In this document: positions 57,396-64,000 of the stretch, piece by piece | Numbering within the stretch: the first letter of the stretch is position 1 | How the letters are laid out: every line of letters starts with the position of its first letter | DNA from: Fidelibacterota bacterium | GTDB lineage: Bacteria; Fidelibacterota; Marinisomatia; Marinisomatales; Marinisomataceae | Direction of reading: 5' to 3' | DNA: 64,000 nt | Assembly: GCA_018672235.1 (NCBI GenBank) | Contig: JABHGE010000021.1 | Location: 9,118 to 73,117 of the forward strand | Made by a program: the position numbers and the translations under genes | The notes under the pieces: generated by a model | Database searches by the model: none | The model's input: only the letters and a program-made list of their open reading frames with translations | Told to the model about the DNA's origin: nothing

Positions 57396-59735
57396 ATGGA
57401 CACAATAGAAAAAAAATATCCAGTAATGCCGTTAAAGAATACGGTATTATTCCCTCAACAGGTTATTCCTATTTATGTAGGAAGAAAAAAGTCGCTAAAG
57501 CTGATTGAAGACTTAGATCCAGAGAATAAATATTTGGTAGTAGTCGCACAGCAAGATGGTTCAGTGGAAGATCCAAAAGAGCAAGATTTATACTCTTATG
57601 GTACATTGGCCTTAGTATTAAAGACTTTTGATATGCCAGATAATAGTAAATCTGCTATTGTACAAGGAGTAGATAGAGTAAAGATTCTAAAATATGAACA
57701 AGGTGATGATTATTTTATTGCTGACATAGAAAGAATTGCAGAATCAATTACCACTCCGGATGTCCAAGTTGAAGCCTTGGCTAAAAGTTTAAAAAGTTCA
57801 TTTACTGAACTAATAAAAATTTCTCCAAATCTAAATGAAGAGCATGCAGGGATGTTATCGAATATTGATCGCCCTTCTAGACTTGCTGATAGAGCAACCT
57901 CTCTTTTATCTGTATCAAATTCAGAAAAACAAGAAGTATTAGAAGAGTTAGATATTAGAAAACGTGTTGAAATTGCGATTAATTTATTACAGAAAGAAAT
58001 ACAGCGTATTAAGCTGGGAGAAGAAATTCAAACAGAAGTTCAAGATGAGATTTCTAAGACTCAAAGAGAATACTATCTAAGAGAGCAGATGAAAACTATT
58101 CAAAAAGAACTAGGTGAAGATAATCAAACTGTAGAATTAGATGAGTTAGCACAAAAAATTGATGATGTTAAGATGAGTAAAGAAGCTACTAAGGTAGCTC
58201 ATAAGGAATTAGATCGTCTTGGAAGAATTTCACCACAATCACCTGAGTATTCTGTTGCAAGAACTTACTTAGAATGGTTAACAGATTTGCCATGGAGTAA
58301 ATCTAGTAAAGATAATTTAAATATTAAAAAAGCCAGTAAAACGCTTAACGAAGATCACTATGGTCTGGAAAAAGTTAAAGAGCGTGTATTGGAATATTTA
58401 GCAGTGAGATCTCTGAAAAAGAAAGTGACCAAAAATGATACAGTTAGAGGACCTATTCTTTGTTTTACAGGCCCTCCAGGTGTAGGTAAAACTTCTTTAG
58501 GGAAGTCTATTGCTAAATCAATGGGTAGAGAATTTGTTCGTATTTCTCTCGGTGGAGTAAGAGATGAAGCGGAAATTAGAGGGCATAGACGTACCTATAT
58601 CGGAGCATTACCTGGTAGAATTATTCAGTCATTAAAAAAAGCTAAAACTAATAATCCGGTCTTTATGTTGGATGAAATTGATAAACTAGGTTCAGATTTT
58701 AGAGGCGATCCTTCTTCAGCAATGCTTGAAGTTTTAGATCCAGAACAAAATCATGCATTTAGCGATCATTATTTAGAAGTAGATTTTGATTTAAGTAAAG
58801 TCATGTTTATTTCTACGGCAAATTATCCTGATAATATCCCTCATGCACTATATGACCGTATGGAAATGTTAGATTTCAGAGGATATATTGACGATGAAAA
58901 AGTTAAGATTGCTGAAAAACATTTAATTCCAAAGCAAATTACAGAAAATGGATTAACTGCGAAACAAGTGAAGTTTAATGAAGCTGGTATTAAGGAAGTT
59001 ATCCGTTCTTATACAAGAGAATCTGGAGTAAGAAGCTTAGAAAGAGAAATTGCTAATGTGCTTAGAAAGATTGCGGTAGACGTAGTAAATAAAAAAGTGA
59101 AAACAGTGACTATCGCTAAGAAAGCTGTCAATGACTACTTAGGGATTCCTAAGTTTCAATCTGATTTAGCAGAACGTACTACTAAACCGGGCGTAGTGAC
59201 AGGAATGGCATGGACTGCTGCAGGTGGAGATATTTTATTTGTAGAATCAAGCAAGATGAGAGGAAAAGGGTTACTTACCTTGACTGGTCAATTGGGTGAT
59301 GTTATGAAAGAGTCTGCTGCTGCTGCATTTACATATGTCAAATCACATACAGACATTTTAGGATTAAAAGAAGATTTTGCAGAAAAAATGGACATCCATG
59401 TTCATTGTCCAGCTGGAGCTATTCCAAAAGATGGTCCTTCGGCGGGTGTAGGAATGTTTACCTCATTGGTATCTTTATTAACAGATAAGCCAGTAAAGAG
59501 TAAACTTTCTATGACTGGAGAAATTACGTTAAGAGGAAATGTCCTTGCTATTGGCGGTGTTAAAGAAAAAGTAACAGCTGCTCATCGCGCAGGTATTAGA
59601 ACAATTATACTTCCTTTTGCAAATAAGCGTGACTTAGAAGAGATTCCGGCACATATCAAAAAAGATTTAAAATTTCACTTCGCAAAAGAAGTGATGGATG
59701 TGATCGATGTGGCAATCCCGGATCTTAAAAAGTAA
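57396..59735 (+). CDS. lon: ATP-dependent Lon protease (LonA)
   Basis: 779 aa. N-terminal LON domain. Walker A GPPGVGKTS. Protease Ser-Lys site DGPSAGV...GGVKEK. Confidence 0.95.
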   Translation: MDTIEKKYPVMPLKNTVLFPQQVIPIYVGRKKSLKLIEDLDPENKYLVVVAQQDGSVEDPKEQDLYSYGTLALVLKTFDMPDNSKSAIVQGVDRVKILKYEQGDDYFIADIERIAESITTPDVQVEALAKSLKSSFTELIKISPNLNEEHAGMLSNIDRPSRLADRATSLLSVSNSEKQEVLEELDIRKRVEIAINLLQKEIQRIKLGEEIQTEVQDEISKTQREYYLREQMKTIQKELGEDNQTVELDELAQKIDDVKMSKEATKVAHKELDRLGRISPQSPEYSVARTYLEWLTDLPWSKSSKDNLNIKKASKTLNEDHYGLEKVKERVLEYLAVRSLKKKVTKNDTVRGPILCFTGPPGVGKTSLGKSIAKSMGREFVRISLGGVRDEAEIRGHRRTYIGALPGRIIQSLKKAKTNNPVFMLDEIDKLGSDFRGDPSSAMLEVLDPEQNHAFSDHYLEVDFDLSKVMFISTANYPDNIPHALYDRMEMLDFRGYIDDEKVKIAEKHLIPKQITENGLTAKQVKFNEAGIKEVIRSYTRESGVRSLEREIANVLRKIAVDVVNKKVKTVTIAKKAVNDYLGIPKFQSDLAERTTKPGVVTGMAWTAAGGDILFVESSKMRGKGLLTLTGQLGDVMKESAAAAFTYVKSHTDILGLKEDFAEKMDIHVHCPAGAIPKDGPSAGVGMFTSLVSLLTDKPVKSKLSMTGEITLRGNVLAIGGVKEKVTAAHRAGIRTIILPFANKRDLEEIPAHIKKDLKFHFAKEVMDVIDVAIPDLKK

Positions 59736-59780
59736 TTTGTTGGATTATTTAATCTAAAAATTTAATTTCACTCACTTTTG

Positions 59781-59854
59781 GGGCGATTAGCTCAGCTGGT
59801 CAGAGCGCCTGCTTTACACGCAGGACGTCGGGAGTTCGAATCTCTCATCGCCCA
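59781..59854 (+). tRNA. tRNA-Val (anticodon TAC)
   Basis: Acceptor gggcgat/atcgccc, anticodon stem cctgc/gcagg, loop ttTACac, T-loop ttcgaat. Confidence 0.9.
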
Positions 59855-59888
59855 CGTGTTCTATGAACGCATACTTTGACGAGAAATA

Positions 59889-59917
59889 AGGGGCTACTTC
59901 GGTAGCCCTTTGTTTAT
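59889..59917 (+). terminator. Rho-independent terminator after tRNA-Val
   Basis: GGGCTAC-TTCG-GTAGCCC hairpin followed by TTTGTTTAT. Confidence 0.8.
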
Positions 59918-60012
59918 CAGTTCATACATAAATAATGACAAGTGACGACAAAAAGTATGACTACAATTATGACTACACCTTATTATTATATCTCAACCTT
60001 GTTATAAATTGG

Positions 60013-60076
60013 AATTTTCAACCTAATTATATAAACCTAAACAAGATATCGAGGGGGTAGGTAACATATATAAAAG
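60013..60076 (+). repeat. Direct repeat copy 1 (64 bp, G5 tract)
   Basis: aattttcaacctaattatataaacctaaacaagatatcgagggggtaggtaacatatataaaag. Identical to copy 2 apart from the length of one G tract. Confidence 0.95.
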
Positions 60077-60113
60077 ACACACACATTCTAAAATAATTTT
60101 TGTAAGTTTTTAT

Positions 60114-60461
60114 ATGTTTGCTTACTTCTATACATTACTAGCATTTGGTATTATATATTTTGGATTTAAAAGTCTTAACGATTTAGAAGATAAAAAATAT
60201 TACCGCATTTCAATTTTTTTAACAATTGCAATATTTGCACTGATAACCTATGAGTTAGGATTTGCTAAATCACCAGGTTGGTCACCAACCGAAAAATCAG
60301 AATTTATAGAAAGCTGTGTAGATGGAGCAAGCGGAAGTATGACTCGTTCGGAAGCTAGTAAATACTGTAATTGTGTTCTTAATGATTTAATGGAAGATTA
60401 TGATACTCCTGAAGATGCATTGAATGTTGACGTTTTTTCGTATGCAATTGAATGTTTATAA
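60114..60461 (+). CDS. Small two-TM membrane protein with a Cys-containing C-terminal domain
   Basis: 115-aa ORF between the two direct repeats. Two hydrophobic helices, then C-x17-CNC-x27-C. No obvious SD. Confidence 0.45.
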   Translation: MFAYFYTLLAFGIIYFGFKSLNDLEDKKYYRISIFLTIAIFALITYELGFAKSPGWSPTEKSEFIESCVDGASGSMTRSEASKYCNCVLNDLMEDYDTPEDALNVDVFSYAIECL

Positions 60462-60493
60462 TATTAGTATCTGTTAATTAATCCAACTTTCTA

Positions 60494-60558
60494 AATTTTC
60501 AACCTAATTATATAAACCTAAACAAGATATCGAGGGGGGTAGGTAACATATATAAAAG
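60494..60558 (+). repeat. Direct repeat copy 2 (65 bp, G6 tract)
   Basis: Same sequence as 60013-60076 with one extra G in the G run. Copy-to-copy period is 481 bp. Confidence 0.95.
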
Positions 60559-60634
60559 GCACTCTTAACAGCGATGGTAGTTTTCAATTCGATTCAATAT
60601 CTAGACCACTAGAATCTTTAGTCGATTAATCCTC

Positions 60635-60651
60635 ATCTTATTATTCCAATA
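60635..60651 (+). promoter_or_regulatory. 17-bp box ATCTTATTATTCCAATA, copy A (possible -10 region or operator)
   Basis: Identical 17-mer recurs at 61064-61080. Lies 37 nt upstream of ATG 60688. Confidence 0.35.
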
Positions 60652-60687
60652 GACATCTACTCTGAATAATCGTTAGATTTGTTGATT

Positions 60688-61041
60688 ATGAAAAGATATA
60701 AAATTTATAAAAGTCCTCTTGGTATGATAGAAGCTGTTAAGACTGGTTGGTCTTGGCCAGGTTTCTTTTTTACTCTCATTTGGTTATTAGTAAAAAAATT
60801 ATATGTAACAGCTGGAATGGTTTTTTTGATAGCGATTATAATAGGATTTGTAGAGTTTGAAACTGGAGGAACAGTTCTTTCTTCATTTTATAATCTTTCT
60901 ATTGGATTAATAGTTGGATTGAAGGGAAATCAATGGAGAATAAAGAATCTTGTTAGTCGTGGATTTATTTTTAAGACTACAGTAAGTGCTAAAACTCCTG
61001 AAGGTGCACTTGCATCATATACAACGAACACTAATGAATAA
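60688..61041 (+). CDS. DUF2628-like small membrane protein
   Basis: About 117 aa from ATG 60688. GWSWPGFFFTLIWLLVKKLY plus a second TM helix. Pattern typical of DUF2628. Confidence 0.55.
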   Translation: MKRYKIYKSPLGMIEAVKTGWSWPGFFFTLIWLLVKKLYVTAGMVFLIAIIIGFVEFETGGTVLSSFYNLSIGLIVGLKGNQWRIKNLVSRGFIFKTTVSAKTPEGALASYTTNTNE

Positions 61042-61063
61042 ATAATCTCTCAAATCTTCCCAA

Positions 61064-61080
61064 ATCTTATTATTCCAATA
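61064..61080 (+). promoter_or_regulatory. 17-bp box ATCTTATTATTCCAATA, copy B
   Basis: Identical to 60635-60651. Lies 22 nt upstream of ATG 61103. Preceded by CAAATCTT x2. Confidence 0.35.
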
Positions 61081-61102
61081 ATTATTCCTTATATTTGTTC
61101 AT

Positions 61103-61294
61103 ATGGCCTACTGGGATAAAATGAAAGATGCTTATCATTTGAAAAAGAAATTTGAAAAAATGAGTAAAGATGAAATTATTAATAAATATGCAGGTGAAAT
61201 GTATGACAGAGAAAGTGAATACATACAGACAGTAGAAAAGTATGAAAGAACTATCCTCGAACTTAAAAATCAAATTAAGGCACTAAAAAAATAA
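61103..61294 (+). CDS. Small charged helical (coiled-coil-like) protein
   Basis: 63 aa, K/E-rich. Its stop overlaps the next start (TAATG). The fully overlapping antisense ORF looks like a Phe-rich shadow. Confidence 0.45.
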   Translation: MAYWDKMKDAYHLKKKFEKMSKDEIINKYAGEMYDRESEYIQTVEKYERTILELKNQIKALKK

Positions 61295-62007
61295 TGGGAA
61301 TTTTTGACATTTTTAAATCAAAAAAAGAAGGTGTTCATACAACTGATATTAAATTATCTTATCCTGGACATTATTCTGGTGAATTTTATAACACAGTCGG
61401 TACAATGGAGGCACATTACAAAAATGATATACTTCACGGTCCATTTAAATGTTATGATGAAGATAATGTCTTAATTCAAGAAGGAAAATATTTAATGGGT
61501 AATTTATTTGGTGAGATTGTTGGTTATCATTTGAATGGAGATATTAAATATAAAAGGAATTATAATGAGTTTGGAAACAGCATTGGAAAAGAACTTCGTT
61601 ATCAGCGTGGAAATAAACTTGTAGAATCTGGATATTATTGTAACTGCTGTGAAGGAGGATTGCAGCAACAACATGGTGTTTGGAAAGAATATGACAATGA
61701 AGGCAGGGTTATAATAGAAGGAAATTTCGACCACGGTCATAAAGATGGCCTTTTTATAAGTTATAAATATAAAGGTAGTACTAAGAAACCAATCAAAGAT
61801 TATTCAATATTATATGGATATGACCCTAATGCATCTAATTGGCAATTATCTGAAAGAGTCCTTGAAAAAAAAGTTTATCTATCAAATGGTAAGATAAAAA
61901 ATGTAAAGAAACTAACGGAAAAGATTGGTGATGATGTTATGGATTACAGATATATTAGTGACGTTAATTTTGATAATTTAGGTCGCTATATTGCAAACGG
62001 TAATTAA
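61294..62007 (+). CDS. MORN-variant repeat protein (YwqK antitoxin/immunity-like)
   Basis: 237 aa. Repeated G-x-aromatic-x-x-Y/F-x-x-G/N units (HGPFKCYDEDN, EGKYLMGNLFGE, VGYHLNGDIKY, HGVWKEYDNEG, HKDGLFISY). Confidence 0.55.
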   Translation: MGIFDIFKSKKEGVHTTDIKLSYPGHYSGEFYNTVGTMEAHYKNDILHGPFKCYDEDNVLIQEGKYLMGNLFGEIVGYHLNGDIKYKRNYNEFGNSIGKELRYQRGNKLVESGYYCNCCEGGLQQQHGVWKEYDNEGRVIIEGNFDHGHKDGLFISYKYKGSTKKPIKDYSILYGYDPNASNWQLSERVLEKKVYLSNGKIKNVKKLTEKIGDDVMDYRYISDVNFDNLGRYIANGN

Positions 62008-62022
62008 GACAAGGAGAAAATT

Positions 62023-62829
62023 ATGAAAAAACTAATAATTATTTTGATGTTTATGGGACCTTTATTGCTCTTATCTTGTGATAATAGAACTGATGAAGAA
62101 AAGAAATTAGAACTTGATAATCTTTATTCTTCAATAAAATCTATCCCTTCTTCTATGCCTTGTGAAAATTTAAAAGGATACCAAAAATTAAAGTCCCGTG
62201 ACATACAGTATGGAATGAATATTTATAAAGATATTTATGAAGTAAAAATAAAAGATTATGAAAAAAAATGCTTAAAAATTCAGGAAGAAAAAAGACTAGA
62301 AGAATTAAGAGTAGCAGAACTTAAAAAGCTTGGTGATTGGACAGTAGGAAATTATGTTGATGAATTTGGAGATGATACAGGTGAACATTTTATGCAAATT
62401 AAATCTCGTGGAACATTTTCAAATACTGCAACTCAAAATTCATCACTTAATGTCACTCTAATGTATGACAAAAAAGAGCGACCATGGTTTAGATTCTATG
62501 AATATGCTGGTAGTAATCCAATTAAAGGTTATTATAGTAAAGAGCATTTATTCCCATGTAAAGTGAAATCAGGTGATATAGTTTTTAATTTAAATCTAAA
62601 ATTAACTAAAGGTGGAAGCGCTCTTACTATTAGAGAATATATAGGGAAATCTGAAAGAAAAATCTGGAAAGATTACACAGATGCCACTGATAAGCTTATA
62701 AATGAAATGAAAAAAGGTAGTCTTGTTAAATTTTCGTGTTTCGATATGGAGTCTACAGCTTCAACCTATAGATTTGATTTAGATTTTTCTTACTATGAAA
62801 ATGCATTAAGAAAATTCAATGAACTATAA
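62023..62829 (+). CDS. Lipoprotein with a coiled-coil linker and a C-terminal domain paralogous to the 63374 ORF
   Basis: 268 aa. AGGAG SD. Lipobox LLLSC. The C-terminal half (WTVGNYVDEFGDDTGE...GTFSNTATQNSSLNV...FYEYAGSNP) aligns to the last ORF. Confidence 0.6.
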   Translation: MKKLIIILMFMGPLLLLSCDNRTDEEKKLELDNLYSSIKSIPSSMPCENLKGYQKLKSRDIQYGMNIYKDIYEVKIKDYEKKCLKIQEEKRLEELRVAELKKLGDWTVGNYVDEFGDDTGEHFMQIKSRGTFSNTATQNSSLNVTLMYDKKERPWFRFYEYAGSNPIKGYYSKEHLFPCKVKSGDIVFNLNLKLTKGGSALTIREYIGKSERKIWKDYTDATDKLINEMKKGSLVKFSCFDMESTASTYRFDLDFSYYENALRKFNEL

Positions 62830-63349
62830 AAAATTACTTTTATTAATATGTATCACAGCTTTTTCTTATACACAAGATGCAGCAAGTTTTGGTGTCGGTA
62901 GAAATGCTAATGGATTTACTATGTCAGGTAGCTATGAATTTTCAAAACCTCTTTTTGTTGCTGTAGGTGGAAATTTATTTGATTCTACTGGAAGTGATGC
63001 CTATGATTTTGCCCCTGGTCTTTTTGATGACCCTGAATTGGGAAAAGTATCAGATGCATTATGGATTGCGGGAGGATATGTTCTTAATATGGCATCTGCA
63101 AAATTATATCTTGGAGGAGGTCTTTCTTTCGAACAAGACTATTTTAAATATAGAGACCCCAGTGAGATTCTTGGTGATGCTAAAGGCATTTATTATGTTG
63201 TAGACGATAATGAAAGCAATACCATTCCATCTTTATATATTGGAGCCTCGTTTAAGATTGGTAAAGAAGATGGAATTTTTAATAGTATGGGCGTTTCTTA
63301 TATGACAAGTTCAAACGATTTTAACTTAACGTTTGGGATGAACTTATAA
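62819..63349 (+). CDS. Small secreted, probably outer-membrane beta-barrel protein
   Basis: 176 aa. Signal peptide. Gly/aromatic-rich alternating strands. Ends LTFGMNL. 11-nt overlap with the upstream gene. Confidence 0.4.
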   Translation: MNYKKLLLLICITAFSYTQDAASFGVGRNANGFTMSGSYEFSKPLFVAVGGNLFDSTGSDAYDFAPGLFDDPELGKVSDALWIAGGYVLNMASAKLYLGGGLSFEQDYFKYRDPSEILGDAKGIYYVVDDNESNTIPSLYIGASFKIGKEDGIFNSMGVSYMTSSNDFNLTFGMNL

Positions 63350-63373
63350 TGAAAAAGTTTATCCTTTCTTAGC

Positions 63374-64000
63374 ATGAAGAAATTTCTCATAACAATTCTT
63401 TTTATGTCGATTATTTTTCCACAAGTAAAAGCAACTACTGTTAATGGAAAAGAAGTTATTTTAAATGATAATGGTACTTGGGAGTATATCAAAAAAATAT
63501 CAAACTCAAATGAAACGGGTATCTGGAAAATTCGATATTATGTTGATACATTTGGTGATCCTACGGACTCAGGATACATTGGCAGTGAATCTATTATGGG
63601 TACTTTTGGCAATTCAGCTACCACAAATGCAAAATTAAAAGTCAGATTTATAATTAATAAGGAGACAATTCGGATAAAATTGTATGAATATGGCGGCAAT
63701 ACTCCTGTTACAAGAAATTCGATAGATGGTTATGAAGTATATTTGAAACACAATGGTGAGAGGGTATATAGGTTCAAAGACGGAAAACAATATGGTGATT
63801 CTTTTAAGGCAAAACATCGGTCAGAGTATCTTATTTTTGATATGAATGATTCATCTGAATCAAGTTCTTATGGAACAAAATATGATAAATCAAGCAATCA
63901 AGTTTTTATGGAGAAATTGAAAGAAGGAGGTTCTTTCCAATTTGTTTTAAGGCCTTTTAATTATAGTTTTTCTTTAAATACAGAATATAATTTTTCTATA
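63374..64000 (+). CDS. Secreted protein, partial (runs off the window), paralog of the 62023 C-terminal domain
   Basis: Not in the supplied track. My translation from ATG 63374 gives 209 codons with no stop. Signal MKKFLITILFMSIIFPQVKA. WKIRYYVDTFGDPTDS...GTFGNSATTNAKLKV...LYEYGGNTP. Confidence 0.6.
   Translation, partial: MKKFLITILFMSIIFPQVKATTVNGKEVILNDNGTWEYIKKISNSNETGIWKIRYYVDTFGDPTDSGYIGSESIMGTFGNSATTNAKLKVRFIINKETIRIKLYEYGGNTPVTRNSIDGYEVYLKHNGERVYRFKDGKQYGDSFKAKHRSEYLIFDMNDSSESSSYGTKYDKSSNQVFMEKLKEGGSFQFVLRPFNYSFSLNTEYNFSI

Noticed and set aside
59934-60035. 33-aa ORF (MTSDDKKYDYNYDY...) in the tRNA-Val/island junction
   Set aside because: There is no SD, and its odd YDYNYDY sequence is a by-product of the TATGACTACA direct repeats. 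It runs into the 64-bp repeat, so it is more likely non-coding.
60013-60558. Possible CRISPR array or integron attC sites formed by the 64/65-bp repeats
   Set aside because: There are only two copies, 481 bp apart, and the interval holds a full ORF, so this is not a CRISPR array. The repeat lacks the canonical attC R''/R' boxes (RYYYAAC...GTTRRRY) at its ends, and no integron integrase is visible. It is kept as a generic cassette-like repeat rather than an integron call.
61082-61273. 63-aa minus-strand ORF fully antisense to the 61103-61294 ORF
   Set aside because: Its Phe/Ile-rich sequence is what the antisense of a K/E-rich gene produces. The plus-strand ORF is coupled (TAATG) to the next gene and fits the island's single-strand organisation.
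1396-63817. Many 60-145-aa ORFs in the track that lie inside or antisense to larger genes. Examples are 1396-1578, 1932-2366, 2633-2875, 3607-3825, 4061-4312, 4778-5053, 7273-7455, 11319-11576, 14807-15016, 17293-17682, 20115-20363, 21120-21401, 22308-22505, 32944-33255, 37568-37837, 38885-39157, 48567-48857, 54944-55207, 61504-61740, 62967-63203, 63298-63492 and 63635-63817.
   Set aside because: These are shadow ORFs, expected in AT-rich DNA where stop codons are depleted on the antisense strand of real genes. Their composition is low-complexity Ser/Phe/Ile-rich, they have no motifs, and each is fully covered by a well-supported gene.
1-64000. Prophage, transposon, DGR, retron or known defence-system content
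   Set aside because: No ORF shows integrase, transposase, reverse-transcriptase, terminase, capsid, helicase-nuclease defence or Cas motifs. There are no template/variable repeat pairs and no IS-like terminal inverted repeats.

Overview
This is a visibly AT-rich, very gene-dense chromosomal segment from a Gram-negative bacterium with a streamlined, probably marine-type genome. The lineage cannot be fixed from sequence alone. AGGAG-type Shine-Dalgarno sites and a sigma70-type -35/-10 are visible. I can support about 70 CDS, 4 tRNAs (His-GTG, Pro-TGG, Glu-TTC, Val-TAC), a few intrinsic terminators and several small repeats. Most of the window is core metabolism. It holds rng-rplU-rpmA-mdh, gcdH, a split methylmalonyl-CoA-mutase-type subunit, and etfBA plus a membrane Fe-S oxidoreductase. 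It also holds a 9-gene suf cluster, greA, korAB-fumC-PBP1A, lptF/G, lgt, dcd and yidD. Further along are metal and redox genes (NicO-type transporter, zupT, gpx, tlpA), a Rieske oxygenase, grxD, xthA, an msbA-like exporter, gltA and nth. The window ends its core part with queD-yhhQ-folE, lpdA-lipB-lipA and lon. Genes commonly overlap by 1-11 nt, and four convergent pairs share a TTAA double stop. I recognise no CRISPR array, rRNA, integrase, transposase, reverse transcriptase or phage structural gene. The clearest accessory region is 59.86-64.0 kb, downstream of tRNA-Val. It is a same-strand array of small hypothetical membrane or secreted proteins. It carries a 481-bp unit bounded by near-identical 64/65-bp hairpin-forming direct repeats that differ by G5 vs G6. 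It also has clustered short direct repeats, a 17-bp box repeated upstream of two genes, a YwqK/MORN immunity-like protein, and two paralogous secreted proteins flanking a small beta-barrel protein. A second candidate lies at 31.5-34.3 kb, downstream of tRNA-His/Pro. It pairs a DEDDh exonuclease and a Cys-rich PD-(D/E)XK nuclease around an aldo/keto reductase with an N-terminal CCGxGCxxCPY module. Two unusually long intergenic gaps (12.5-12.8 kb and 45.8-46.1 kb) share two sequence blocks and predicted structure, and are candidate small RNAs or regulatory elements. I cannot name a defined novel system with confidence. These are the best candidates, and each needs database or comparative checks that I cannot run here.
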